Positions 26,039 to 39,646 of a DNA stretch of 64,000 bases are shown in pieces (the first letter of the stretch is position 1; each line of letters opens with the position of its first letter). Source of the stretch: Ramazzottius varieornatus (lineage: Eukaryota; Animalia; Tardigrada). Both the position numbers and the translations under genes were made by a program. Below the pieces are notes generated by a model that saw only the letters and a list, made by a program, of their open reading frames with translations, made no database searches and was not told the origin of the DNA. The stretch covers positions 4,206,448-4,270,447 of the forward strand of contig BDGG01000002.1 in assembly GCA_001949185.1 (NCBI GenBank), given 5' to 3'.

Positions 26039-26606
26039 GGGGGTTCAGCGGTTGATTACTCCGCTGGTGGACTTACATCCGGTGGAAATGACCCCACCCC
26101 TGCCCCTCGCAATTGGTCTATCCATTCCACCGAAAATTAAATTCCACCGAAAATAACATTCCACCGAAGACTCGGTGTAATTACGACTCACTCCCGAGTA
26201 ACTCGTAATCCCGCCGGCTGACGAAACTTTCGGTTTCTACTTGCACAGTGCGGAAGTTTCTTTACAGATATCTTGTTTTCGTTCTCCATCTTTCTGCACT
26301 TCTTGCTCTGTGTTTTTATATCAGTACTGTGGTTACCATGTCCCTGTCGCAACCGGCTCGTTCCTCTAAACCAACAAGTCAGGAGGCTGAAGTCGTGATA
26401 ACCGTACCGGTAAGTGGAGCAGCAGCCAAGCGCCCTTTTCGAAATTTTACACCGGTCTCATGTTTGGATCGAACAGAGGGCGTTCAACGGCAGATGATTT
26501 CGTTGAACTAAAACAGTTTTTAGCTGGCTGAAAAAGATTGCGGGGGCGGTGCCACAAACAAGACCGTTGTAATGTCACCGGCGGTGTAATCAACGGTTGA
26601 ACCCCT
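26039..26606. mobile_element. Non-autonomous TIR element (~570 bp), Kolobok-like termini
   Basis: GGGGGTTCAGCGGTTGATTACTCCGCTGGTG pairs with the reverse complement AGGGGTTCAACCGTTGATTACACCGCCGGTG. Flanked by TTAA and TTAT. Subterminal 3x ATTCCACCGAA at 26124-26168. Confidence 0.6.
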
Positions 26607-27476
26607 TTATTGCAAGGCAAAGAATGGCTTTGCGCAAGGTTGTGGCTCACCAGGAGGAAACGCGAACGAGCGCCCCGTTGTAGCACGTATCCTCGTACTC
26701 TCACCTACCCGTGGGCGTCCGGCGCACCTTCTTTCGTGCAAGCTGGAAAACATGGCACAGCACAACAGACTATTACGGTACACGCGCGGTTCTTTTCAGA
26801 TGGCTCATCAGAATAATTCATCAAAACTTGGACACCACCAGACTGGTTACGTGTGGATACAGCCCGGAGGCTACAGTACATCGGATCGTAGAGGTAACTG
26901 ACTTCCGACTTTGTTCTAGCTTCTTGAGTGTGGCGCATTCTTTCATAGTCTGCCTTAATTCGTCTGCTCGTTTCTGCCGTAAAAAAAGGTTCATTCAAAA
27001 GTGGGAAAACCCCCTGTTCTTCAGTATGTCTCACGTAAGGTTTCTCCTGGGTCAACTGAGTTTTACCGGCCTGTGCCTCTTGTGCATGATATTGTCGGCT
27101 CGTGCTGCTCAGTTCTTATGGGTACGACAGAACATGTACTGGAGTTAGGTTCATTTTCTTCTCAACTATTTCCCCGATATGCGTGTTACTTTATAGGCTG
27201 ATTCTGATCCAACAGCAACAGAGAGCACCATCTCTGTATTTGATCTGCGGCGACCCGATTTTCCAGCAGAGAGAGTGGCAGAGTTCCTGAACCAAAGTGT
27301 CGCGGGTCGAGACTATCCGGATTTCTTGACTATCCCAACAAACCTCAACTTTTCGTGTCATGATGTCGAACAGCCGGTAGGTTAAAAACTCTCTTTACTG
27401 ACAACATTAACCTAGTTGCTCGCAATTGGGTCGGAACGTGGGCTAAAGAGTTGAACAGACCACTATCCCAGACTCT

Positions 27477-27525
27477 CAGGTGGCGCACGTCTTCGCTGTT
27501 ATTGACTGGAGGTTTGCGCCACTTG
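27477..27525. repeat. Palindromic repeat core, intergenic
   Basis: caggtggcgcac...ttgcgccacttg. Confidence 0.8.
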
Positions 27526-28256
27526 GGAAAATAATCTGACACAAATCATTTGTCAATGTCCACACTGCCAAACTACATGACCATGTTGACTTTTTGCAGG
27601 GCTTCTATGCGAACAGAGACACAGGATGTCAGGGTACACAATGTCCGCTTCATGCTCAGTCAACCAGATTTCCCCTGCATTCAATCATTTAGTATAAATA
27701 TTGTTGTGGTGTATTTTAGTCTATCATCGATGCGACCCAAACGGACGACAGTATGATTACCTCTGCGGCAACCAGACTGTCTTTGACCAACTTTTATTGA
27801 CCTGCGATTTTTTCTACAAAGTCGACTGCAACGCGTAAGTGTACCTTCATGACACCATCGCATTATTTCCTCGCAAAAGCATGACGATGATTCTGAGAAC
27901 TGTTTTGCTTTGCAGCTCAAAAACATACTTCAATTACGTCAACATGCATTTATACAAAAGCGGAGAACCTGCGCCAACCTAAAGACTTCCTACTTCCTCA
28001 TCCGAGTCCAACACGACTTGTTGTTGGTTTCCCAACCACAAATACAAATACTGGCCAAAATTTGTAATACAGTCACTTATTACTCAATCGTTCAAGCTGT
28101 TTCCATTAACAAAGAATTATAAATTTTCTATAAAAGAAAAGCTCAAACTCAAAATCAAAAACGGGAAGAAAAAACATGAAAACTAATCAACTAAAACTTC
28201 AAAGGTCCAAAATACTGATGAGTTTATCCCTGAGAGAGAGAGAACAATCTCACCGT

Positions 28257-31200
28257 TTACTGATAGACTGGATGGACTCGCAAGAAGTAGTTCGCTCCAT
28301 GCGACTGCTCCATCTGGTACTGCTTGCGCAAACCGTGCGTGAGGTTGAGGAAGCTGTAGGCTGGTGTCTCCAAGTTCTTGGTCATCCGACCACCCATCAT
28401 GAAGGCCTTGTCGTAAAGTACTGTCAAGCTGAAGTTACTCCCTGCTGCGCCCTTCGCGATTCCCACCACCGTTCCTCGAAGCCCCACGGGAACCAAGCTG
28501 CCTTCCCGGATACAGATCACTCGATCGTACATCTCCCACGTCACGCTCAAATCTGGCACGACCTTGTCCACGTAAGGCATGTGCTGCAAAGAATGACGAT
28601 ACGTCATATGTCCTGTCATTTGTTGTGCGATAGAGTACCATATGATATGTCATAGCATAGTAGTATGTTATGTCATGCCATGTCACGGTGTTTTATCGGC
28701 ATACTTTTGGGGGGGAAACATCTTACTCGGTAGAGAAGGCGTGGATGGATTTGGGTTCGGAAGCGTGTAGGTCCTCGTCGTTGCTGCCTCAGAGCTTGAT
28801 CGACTCTCTTTTGAATCTCGTCGAGGACGTACTCGTCGACAAACTCGCCTCCACATGGCTGCTGTGTCATCTTGGCCGTCGGTAGAGTGTTCAAGTACGC
28901 CTTCACTTCATCTAGCTTTGCGACACCTTGTCCTGGGTAGATATCTTCGAAGAAGGGATCCTGGCAGCCAGTATCCAACAGAAATTCGAACAGCCGCGGG
29001 AAGCGTTGACGGTACTCGTGGATCAAGTCAAGAACCCGATCGGAGTACAGCCAGATGGGATCGCCACGAGCATTTTCCACCTCCGATCGCTTCGTATATC
29101 CGCGCATCTAGAAACCATAGAAATCAAACCGACTGAACTATTTTTCAGTAATCTCGAATTCCAAATAACAAGTACCTCAGTGTTGGCTTTGGTCGCCTTC
29201 AAGCCAAGCCCAATGTTGACTTTCTCCTCGTCATCGGGATGAACCCGGGCAAACACAGTTCCAGTCAGTCGCGATATGATCTGCGGACTCAACTGCAGAA
29301 CTTTCGCCGCTATTCCAGCAGCTTCATATTGCGAGGCAAATTTCTGAAGAGAAACAGAAACTTGATCTCATGTCAAATGCACTCATGACAAGAAGAACCT
29401 ACATTTCGTCCATAATGCTGGTTGATGATGTCATCCAAGTAAGGCTCGGGAGGATTGTCGAAGATGACTTCGGCCAACCCTTGTGCTCGGTCGAAATGAT
29501 GAACCTATAAAGTAGCTTCAGCGGTGAGAAAAAAGCGAATGCTTGCAATTCAACTCCCTCGAAACCAAAACTTACTCGTGCTTCCCGACCATAGTAAGGG
29601 AAGCCCAGCACGAAGACGCGAGCTCCTGCGGCGAATATCTGGTCGATTCGCAGTTCCGGTGTCTTTTGAACCTGAATGCGGTCATCGACGAAGACCATCT
29701 GGATGGGGTACGGCGTCAGCTCCGTCGAACTGACCGGATCCAAGTATGCCGCTCGCCCGTCCTTTCGGATGCTGACGCGATTACCAAGGCACGATCGAAC
29801 GTACACCAGGACCTGGATTCGCCCGCAGTCAATACCTTTCCGGCAGTTCAACCTATGAAGAACACGTCTGATCAGTGGACAAACTTTCTGCGAGTTATAC
29901 TCGGATAAGCAAAGATAATTAAGTACACGCAAGACGAGAAATTATGGTAGAGTAAAAATGATGGGACAGGCGGAAAGGACGGCGAAATGGAAACTCGGCC
30001 GTAGAAAAGTGTCGGAAAATGTATTACTGTGAATCGGTCGCGTACGTACGTGCTCCCGTACCGCCGTAGCGAAAAGGCCTGTCCCATCATTTTTACTCTA
30101 CCATAATTTCTCGTCCTGCGTGTACAGTAAGTAAGGCTTGACAACGGCCCATTAAGGGACATACATCATCTCAAGCTCTTTGATTTTGCTGTCGAATGCA
30201 TCCATATCGTCAGACTCGGTGACCGTCTCTTGCTGTGCTTGTGGAGGTCCTCCAGGTAGACGAGGAGCTAAGCTGCACTTCTTCACACCGTCGGTCACAT
30301 AAGCCACCACGGCTTTCGACTGCAGAGGCCAGTTGACAAAGACCGTTTTCCCCAGTAACTTCACTCCTTCTTCGAAGTAATTCTGTAACCGTCACAAAGC
30401 TTTTGACGATTTTTGTCTCAGCAATACGTTGCAGTAGAGTTGAATGTGCAGTGTGGGATGAACAAGATATGCATACCATTTCAGGATCAACGGCGACCTT
30501 CAGCAAGACACTGGGTCCTCGACTCTTGTGCTGGAAGACCTGGACATTGCCGAGCTTCAACTCGGCCTGATAGGTCGAAAAAGAAAAATACATACAGCAA
30601 GTTAAGCAAAGGATAGCTCATCATGAACGCTTGATCTGAATTCACATCCTTCATACCGTATGTTGCAAGAAGCCCAGTGTGGGGAAGCCTGGACTATAAA
30701 GTGGTCCTCGTAGCGCTTCGTGTTTTCCCAATCGGATGGCTTTGCGCGGAAGAGTATGAAACTTGTAATCGTAGTGCATGAGCCTGTAATGGGACTATCA
30801 ATGCTCGGTCTTACCGCGAGTTCATCTCTTCAAAGAGTTGAGCCTATGTTTTTCTTACTGTGCATGGAATGGTTCTATGGGCGGCAGGTGTCGCGAAGGC
30901 GGTCCGTACGGTTGGCCTCGTTGCGGAGAGTAGCGGAAGACAAATCCTGGCCCAAGCTGGTTTCGACGCTTCTCACCCGGCGTCAGCTGCGACAACCGAG
31001 GCTTGATCGCATCAACCAAGCGACTCTAGGGGAGAGTTTCCGCAGTCAGTCACTGAGCTTCATAAGTATTCAGTTGGACTTTCGAGCATACTTCTTCGAT
31101 GAACGGAATAAGCACAATGGCTTCCCAATCGTTCGTCTTGCCGTTGAGATCCGTGGCGAAGTCCTCCGGGTAGAAGTCGTATATCGGACTCGCCGGAGTA

Positions 31201-33678
31201 AACAAGGACTGCAGAGACAGCTCGTTATTATGACGAAAAGCGATACGAGGCTCATGGAAACACAAGGCAGAAGGCGGTGCTTACATGAAAGACTTTCGGA
31301 AGAGCTCCTTTGCTTCGAGATGGCAAGACAGCCATCAGCTGTTCGAATGGCTTGAATGGTTCGCCCATCGTGAACTCATCTTTCAACATGCCGAAGTTCT
31401 TCAAATCGGAAATGTAGGGAGCGTAGTTGTACGGGTAAAACCTGAACAAACAAAGTACTGTCCCTTGACACCACAATATCAAGCTACCCTCCGATCTGAC
31501 AAATTCAATCTCTTACCATCCCCAGGACGGGACTCCATGGTAGTAGTAGTGCAAATTCCACTGTATGGCTCGTACATATTCACAAGCCAGGTCGGACAGA
31601 GCCTTATCGTCGACCACCATCATGCGCATCTTGTCCTTATAGTACTTCTCTTTGTGAGCGAAAACCTTCGCCTTCGTGATATCTGTCAAGCAAACATGTC
31701 ATTAAAAGTGTGAATGCCGAGCTTCAAAGAAAGTCGGGCTTACCTTCCGTCGATTCTTCCTCCGATGTTTCGTCTGAAGATTCATCCATCCCATTCTGGC
31801 CGTCCTCTTTGTCGAAATCGAACTCGTCGTCACCCACAGGATCCCACAGACTCAGGCCGTTCAGTCCATCTGCAATGTTCGCCCCGCGCTTTGATTCCAT
31901 CCAGCCGACATCCTCCAGCTCATCCTCAACTTTGTTCAGATCGTACTTCTCGAGTTCACTCAGCAAAGCTTGAAAGCGATGGAGATTTAGGTAGCCAGAT
32001 TCGTTAATGTAGCCTTGCAGGGTGGGCAGAACCTCCTTGTACGCTGCGTAGATCTCGTCAAAGGCGCTCTTGTTAATGTGAAGGCCGGGCAAGTGCGGGA
32101 TGAAGTCGTTACCGACCAAGAAACCCATCAGGATCCAGTCGTCGATGATCTTCTCCACATCGTACTTGAATTTGAGCTCTCCCTGGAAAAACTGCTTTAT
32201 TAGCGGATAAATTTTGAATTTCTGTCGATAGAAGTATGACCTATTGAGATTTGTTTGTGGATCCTTCAGATAAGAGACAACGATGCCAGTTGGCTTACCG
32301 CAAGTCCTTCGAATTCGTGACTAAGGTAATCTCGTAAAATGGATAAGTGTAGCAAATGGAAAGTTATCTTCTCAGGCTTCGTTTCCCTGTAAGAAATAAT
32401 GCTGGACACCCGGATACGAATAGGTTGGTGTACGGGAAGACAAATACTTACACCGCCTGGGTGGATTTTCCGAACTTTACTTCTTCGCGCAGGAGGGATA
32501 CAAATGGCTCATGAACGGAAAGACCCAACATAATCTGCAACACCAAGAGTAAAACGACAACGGAAAATGTGAGTTAATCAATAGAACGTCGACGGATAAG
32601 TTAGCGCTTACCAGATCGGCATCCAAGCCGTACAGGCAGTGGCGAGTATTCGGATCGTAGTCCTTCTGAGATCGGATGAATCGAATAAACTCGAGAATTT
32701 TGTGTTCGCCTTCACCAGGCACCTTCAACAATAAGTAAGGAGTATTGAGAGATCTGTTCTGTTACCTGTGTCAGCCACTCTGGTGAGTTAAAAAGAGGAT
32801 ATGGCAGGAGCCCTACCAAATGACTAGAGTAGTGAACATCAACGTTCCTCCAAGTAGGATCCTCCGAAATTTTCCGGGCAATGAAGTATCGCAAATGCAA
32901 ATCCAGTCTTTCCATAAAGTCGGTACCTGTAAAGAGAGCGGAGATGATCAGGCTTTCCTGCTTTAATATGCAATAAACAATTTCACGGTCAAAATATGGG
33001 ATTAAATGCTCTACAGCCTATACTGTACCAGGTGTAATCGCATTCGAATCGAATCTAGCTTCTTCCGATAACTTCTTTCCTTCTCTCTTGGCCTGAAGTT
33101 CTTGCTCTCTGGCTTCCTTGGCCGTTCTGAAATGCCAAAGAGTTTTCGAGGTTCAAATAGGTCGAACCTCAACATTCACATCACGCACCGGAAACGACGT
33201 CCGCGTTGTTGGTTCATCTTGGCTCGCGGTGCCACTCCGTCAATGGCCAGGTACAGAATCTTCTGAGGACGGATGAAACTGAACAGTACCTGCAAAAACA
33301 TCGTTCTTGTCTCGCAAAGCCACGGAGAACGTTCGGTTATTTCTGGGATTATGCGGATATCTCACCTCCACATAGCTGAACACCGCTTTGTAGATTTCTT
33401 CCTCCGTTATCCGAAAATTGACATCGGCATCATTCGGGTGAGAGCAGTGATGGATAATGCCATTCATATCCAGGTAGAAGTTGTCAAAGACAGGTATCTA
33501 GAAGAATTTCCAGGAATTCATTCTGGTGATCGAACTGACGATACGAAAGTACAGTAATGAAAATACTGTACGTATAGGAGGCCGTGGCATAACGTTATCT
33601 TACCTCTTCTTCCTTCACGAACGAACTGAGGCAAGGATACCTCTCCGAAATCCAGCGATAAAACTTCGGAACTCCCAT
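28257..33678 (-). CDS. XRN1: 5'-3' exoribonuclease 1
   Basis: [97 protein letters not shown], and SH3-like [23 protein letters not shown]. The 3' end is uncertain. Confidence 0.96.
29926..30122. mobile_element. Young MITE (~197 bp) in an XRN1 intron, TA TSD
   Basis: 46-bp near-perfect TIRs CACGCA(A/G)GACGAGAAATTATGGTAGAGTAAAAATGATGGGACAGGC, flanked by TA on both sides. Confidence 0.92.
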
Positions 33679-34228
33679 CTTGGTGTGTGTTACTCCTCAG
33701 TCCTCACGGCTGACGAGCAAAATTACGATAGCGAATATTTGCCGAATAATGCCCTGTGAATCCGGATATTCTAGGACAACCTCTCGCACTTGGAGAATAA
33801 TCGCTTCGGATCGTGGTGGCTTCAGTATACGCCGGCTCAGTGCTCACGGACGTCGTCGTCGTCTCAAAACCTCGTTACACTTGCGAGCAGCTAACAGATT
33901 ATTTACAACATAAGACGCACATTCGTTCGAACTTCGGAGTTCGGATCTCGGAATCTGAAAAGATTTTCCACACTCCACAGAAAATAAATCGGATCTCCTA
34001 TCGGAAGTTCGGCACACTCTGACACTCACTGACACTGTCACTCAGATGGAAAGGTCGTGCCCCGTATCGCAGGGGTACACTAAGGAAATAGGGGGAACCT
34101 GTCAAGAAACCCAAGGGCGTATTGAGGTCCCTAAAGGTCCGCAATTTGGCCCTTCTTCTACGACGTCGCCTGTCAGGCCCGTGCCTGGCACAACTTGAAC
34201 TGACATCCTATGAAAACTTTTTAAACTA

Positions 34229-36892
34229 CGAGGGAGAGGTTGTCGAATGGGCCACACCACTTTAGAGTTATGGAGTGGGCCAGTCAGTTTTTTCGCTAAC
34301 TATCCACTATTTCCGTTAAGTTTTCCGATGAAACGCTAGAGAATATCTTTTTGTATGTCTGTGCACAGGTTATTAGCGGAGAAAAATTCAGATGCTCAAG
34401 ATGAGACGCCCGATCTGGAAAATGATTGCATCCCATGTTAAAAAGCCTGAGCATAAAATAGTAGAGAGGCCACAAGGGGCGCTGCTGTCGCCTTTCCGAG
34501 TGACTCACTCAGCAAAACTGAATCGTACAGCAGGGCCAAATTTACAAAACAAGCATACGAAATCGTTTCTGAGGACATTCTCTCATTCATCTCAAGCATG
34601 TCGTCTCCCAAGCTCGTCAGTGCTGCAGAAGCATAAAAGCAGCTAACGGTTGGAGCTGCAGTTCATGCCGTGCAAAAGCTAGGATGGAGCGGACGGAAGG
34701 CAGCAGAATACTACGAAATTCCTCGGACTACTCTACAACGTCGCTTGCTGAACCTGCAACCTGGACGTCACGGTGGGAAGACCAAGATTCCTTCACATGA
34801 AGAGAATGCTCTTCCAGACTTTCTGATCAACAGCTCTGACATAAAGATTCCTCTGAATCGCCAACATTGTGCAGGGGTTATCGTTGAGATGAGCACGCAA
34901 CTGGGTAAGCTTTACACTGTTATTACACTGTTATTACACTGATGTAATTTCCAGTCGAAATTTTCTTTCATGATTTGCATCCTGTATTTGTGTTCGTATT
35001 GTACTTAGTCCAAATTCCTCGGCAGAATTAGAGCATCCAGCGTTCAAGAATCAGCATTTCCGAAGACTACTGAAGCGACATCCTGATCTGGCGATGCGGG
35101 TGACACATGCCTCCAGCCGTAAAAAAGACCGAGAGTGGACAAGTGAACTCTGCGACAGTTACATAGAGAAGTTGCCGTATCTAGCTGACGAAGGATTCCT
35201 GCAAAAAGCTGAGCAAGTGTGGAATCTCGACTAGACTGCGTTCAACACCTCGGAGATGTTTGACAGAGTAGTGGCTCGAAAAGGTATAAAGCAGATTTGG
35301 TCTCAGTTTGATGGAACTGAGAAAGAAGTTATCACGATTCTGCCTGCTGGAAACACTGCTGGACTCCAGCTGAAATTCACGGCTTTGTATGCGGGAAAGG
35401 CGCATGTCAGATCTCGACTGGATGGGACAAAAGGCATGTGTTATCATTTTGCTAATCCTTCAGGGTATATGGATGCAGAGCTGTTTGCCGAATACATCAA
35501 AGAAGTTGTTTCCAGCCATGACAGAGGACAAGGTACGGTCTTGATGTTTTAAAATATGAGCAAGGTACGTGACGTCATGGAAATTTTGTTTCATCGTACG
35601 TTGGGGCAGAAAGGGTCCATACTTTTGCTCTGTGACTTCACGCGCAAGTTTCTTCCAAGCCAAGTCTGTTTTATATGTTATTTCTGCTGTTTCAGAATGT
35701 CATCTTTGTCGACGGCCACTTCTCTCATGTCAACAACGAGCTACTGCACAGTACTGCAAGCAGTTCTACGAAGAAGATAAAACTGCATATCTTTTGCCTG
35801 CCAGCTGGGCAGACAAACCATCTTCAGCCTTTCGATGTCTCAGTTTTTGGACAAGTTAAAAGAGCCTGGAAAGATTACCTTCGACATCGACGTCTTATTC
35901 CTGGAGGAATGGTAATGCAGTATTTGGCTATTTTGGTGGGCTCTACTTGTCTGTAATCTGTGCTGATTGCAGGTGACAAAAGATAACATTCTGTCTCATC
36001 TTGTCAGCTTGTGGTACTTCGAACAAGATTGTCCACTTCGATTTGCCTTCAATGTAGGTTCCAATCTAAAGTCTGGGTTCGAGAAACGTCATTCGTCGAA
36101 CTGTCAAGCCTCATAACTGTCCAGGAAAGATATCAGGATCCGCCATGGAAAACCAGCAAGCAAATTTCGATCGTGTGCTGCAGGTAGTGAGAAACGAACT
36201 CAACATTACTGGTGAGAAGGACCTCGAAGACGTTAAAGGGTACCTCCGTTTAAAGCAACTGGGAGTCACGGCAGGAACGGTCACCGCAGTAGCGCTTCAG
36301 AAGACACTCTTTGGCGAGGCACCAACAAAGTAGCGTCGAGTAAAGAATGAACATCTTCCGACAGAAGCTGGATGTTTAATCACGTCGGAAACCTACGAAA
36401 AAGCCAGAGACAAGTTCAATACCGAACAGAAAGTCAAGAAAGCCGTTCGAACATCCAAAAGAAAAGCTCCAGAGGCAGAAGAAAAGCATAAGGCACCAAC
36501 GAAGACTGCCCGGATGACTGTCGAAAAGAAATAACGCACTGATAAGAAGCAAAAGTGTTCCTAATTTACCGTGAACTCTGTGGAATCCGATGTTACGGTC
36601 GAATCTCAGTTCTTTTACCTCTTAGATGTCTTAGCGATAGTTCAAGTCTTATGTGAAGTTGTGGTGAAGAAGTCAGGTGTAAGGCAAACCCTTCCGTTGA
36701 GATTGTTAAAATCATTTGCAGCGTAAAGCTGGACCGTAAGCAACATACCACAAATCTAAACCTGCGGTTTAGCTCGAACCGCCAGTTGAACAAGCGCATT
36801 ATGTGTGGTGCCACCCTATACCACAGCTATTTTTGCGGTGGCCCACTCCATAAACCCAAAATGATGTGGCCCACTCGATAACCTCTCCCTCG
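34229..36892 (+). mobile_element. pogo/Tigger-like (Tc1-mariner superfamily) DNA transposon, 2.66 kb, defective
   Basis: ~55-bp TIRs CGAGGGAGAGGTT(G/A)TCGA(A/G)TGGGCCACA... with TA TSD; internal transposase remnant. Confidence 0.92.
34598..36533 (+). pseudogene. Intron-containing psq-HTH / DDE_1 transposase pseudogene
   Basis: SGRKAAEYYEIPRTTLQRR (psq HTH), VWNLD*T, PSGYMDAELF, IFVDGHFSH and CLPAGQTNHLQPFDVSVFGQVKRAW. In-frame stops. GT-AG introns at ~34905-35025, ~35532-35696 and ~35912-35972. Confidence 0.85.
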
Positions 36893-37916
36893 TAATTGCA
36901 TTCTGAGTCACAGGAAGTAATTCAATGGTTGGGAACTTGGGATACGCGCTGCCATCATCCCAGTTCCCGTTTTCTTCCCTCTTAGCCTCCCTCGGCGGCA
37001 ACAGTACCCGCAAGGGTGCCGCCCCGCGAATTAGTAGTTGCAACACGTATCCCCCTCTGGGAGTGCCTTTGAAAACGTTTATCAAAATGAGCAGTGGTCA
37101 GAGTAGATCAGTAAGGCGGGGCTAGTTTGAAAAGTATGGAGCGGGAACAAAGATAAAATTATGTCAGATAGACCAACCAAGATTGTCCAAGGTAGAGGCT
37201 CTATTTGCTGATTGGTTGTTTGCGGATATTCTTTAATTTCATACCCCGCTCTATATGATGTCATCTGGCCTTTCTGTTCCACTCTGTCCAGTGGTTAAAT
37301 ATCAATCAAAACTTCAGTGAGTTCAAATGGAATAAGTGGACACGACTTGGTTTCGATTTGACCACGTAAAGGAACCACGCTTTGAAGTAAGCGGTTAACT
37401 GAGTGGACGGTAGGTAAGCTGAAGTTACTTAAGTTAATCGTCACGAAGTCAGTATGTATGCGCATCGAGGAGAGAGATTTACCTTTATTGAAAAAGGAAC
37501 CGCCACCATGTAGGTGGTAGCCTTTCGACTCGGTAGCAAAAGAATTAACAACTTAACAAGTAGCGAGTTAACGAGACAACTAACAAGTAACGGTAATCCA
37601 GCTGATCGTGGTATACACGTGTACTCTAATTTCATTCAGTTGCAAACTTGCAGCCGACTTTGTATCCTGTTCCAGTATTCAAGGAATAAATTTCTGAGTT
37701 TCCTTTACGGGTTGCATCCTGGACTGCTGCTGGAAGAACGAGCTCTTGTTGTACGAGCAAGTCGTATACTGGATCAAGTCGAAACGTTCACGAGCCTTGG
37801 CTTGAGCTTCCGGGTGTCTGAAAGCTCTCCTTTGAGGTGTGTGACACTGGAATTGTCACCTTATATTCTTTGCAGCAATCAGCTATAGTCAGACCGGCTA
37901 CTGCGCCTTCTTGAAG

Positions 37917-39357
37917 ATGACTTCCGCTTTCCGGCAACTACTGCGAAGACCTGCTGCATCATGGACACTAAAACAGAACAGCCGGTTCTTTTCAGAAAGC
38001 TCTTCTCCTTATTATGGAGGACACGACTTCGAAAAGACCTATGGTTATCAGTCCATCCGGAATTCAGCTAGCTTCGACTCCAAAGCAGCTTTGGTCGATA
38101 TGAGATCCGATACGATCACTATGCCGACCAAAGAAATGAGAGACGCAATGGCGAACGCCGTTGTGGGAGACGACGTGTACTACGAGGACCCGACAGTGAT
38201 CCAGTTAGAAAGAAAGGCCGCGGAAATGTTCGGCATGGAGTCTTCGTTGTTTGTGCCATCCGGAACCATGGGAAACCTCATTGCTGTCTTGATTCACTGT
38301 AAATCGCGTGGAAGTGAAGTGATCGTCGGGGACAAGGCCCATATTTTCAAGTACGAGCAGGGCGGGGTCGCACAGTTTGGTGGAGTTCACGTGAAAACCA
38401 TTCCCAACTTACCGAACGGAGGTTTCGAGATCAGGGATGTAATCGCTGCTACTCGATCAGAGGATGTCCACTTCCCACGGACCGCAGCACTCTGCTTGGA
38501 GAACACCCATAACGTTTGCGGTGGCAAGGTCCTATCGTTATCGTTTATAGACCAGGTAGCAGCGTAGTAAGAGGCGTGAATGCATGTCGGCCACGATGGA
38601 TGAATCGGCCACCCATCAAGTTCCTACGTGACACAAGCGGGGTATGAGGGGTGACCGATTCATCCTTTTTGCCTCAACTAGCGTATCAAATCTTCACTGT
38701 TCTATTCATAAAGTCTGTTATTTTCAGGTGACGAAAGCAGCCAAAGATAATGGCATTCCAGCTATTCACATGGACGGAGCTCGTATTTTCAATGCCGCTG
38801 TCGCTCTAAAGGCTTCTGCTTCCCGACTGCTGAGGGATATCGACTCCGTTAGCGCTTGCCTTTCGAAGGGTCTCTGCGCACCCGTTGGATCCCTCGTAGC
38901 CGGAAGTGACAAGTTCATCTACGAAGCTCGGCGGTTACGGAAAGCTCTCGGTGGTGGAATGCGTCAAGTGGGGCATGTTGCGGCAGCTGGGTTGATCGCC
39001 ATAGAGAGCATGGTGGACAGGCTGGAACTGGATCATCGACGTGCTCGTCGTTTGGCCCAGGCCATCACAGACTTAGAATGCCCGTTTTTTACGGTCGACG
39101 TGGACGGCGTGCATTCCAATATCGTCATGATTGATCTACCAAGTCCAGATCGGCTGACACCGTTGCAGTTTTGCCAGAGATTAGTATCGGTGACGGAAGC
39201 GGAGAAGAAAGCGTGCGGAGGACATTCCGCTTATGTACGCTTCCTTCCATTCAGTGACACGGTTACACGTGCCGTTGTTAACAATAATCTGTCCGAAGAA
39301 GATATCGAACGCGTAATAGCCAAACTTGAGTTCCTGTCTAGAGAGATAAGTACCTGA
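37917..39357 (+). CDS. Low-specificity L-threonine aldolase, probable mitochondrial presequence
   Basis: DMRSDTIT, GDDVYYEDP, PSGTMGN, LENTHN, HMDGARIFNA and CLSKGLCAPVGS (PLP lysine). One intron ~38556-38727. Arg-rich, acid-free N-terminus. Confidence 0.95.
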
Positions 39358-39646
39358 TTTCCTACAGAATTTTTATTTTGCTCTGCAAACTGCGACCAAT
39401 CTCAGCGTCGCAGACGGTGGTTTTTAGTGGGTTTTGATTTCCTTCCGGTTCCTGTTTCACCCATTATTTTTTGAATGATTGTTTTATATATTGGACTCTA
39501 GAGCTTTTCCCATAACTCGTAAAACGTTCAGTGAGACATACGTATGCACTTCTGTAAAAGAAAGAGAACTGCTCGAAAAAAATAAACCGTATATCAATCA
39601 CGAAGATCGCTAAAGATCCATCAAGAAGGCAAATCGAAAGACTTCA

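Noticed and set aside
28630-28686. 5-bp periodic ATGTC/ATAGC-like run in an XRN1 intron
   Set aside because: A short degenerate microsatellite with no further structure.
38598-38665. GGATGAATCGGCCACCC...GGGTGACCGATTCATCC hairpin in the aldolase intron
   Set aside because: A single short inverted repeat, probably a MITE relic; insufficient to call an ncRNA.
37917-39357. Threonine aldolase as a bacterial horizontal transfer
   Set aside because: The family is native to many animals, and this copy has an intron and a mitochondrial-type presequence. No evidence without a phylogeny.
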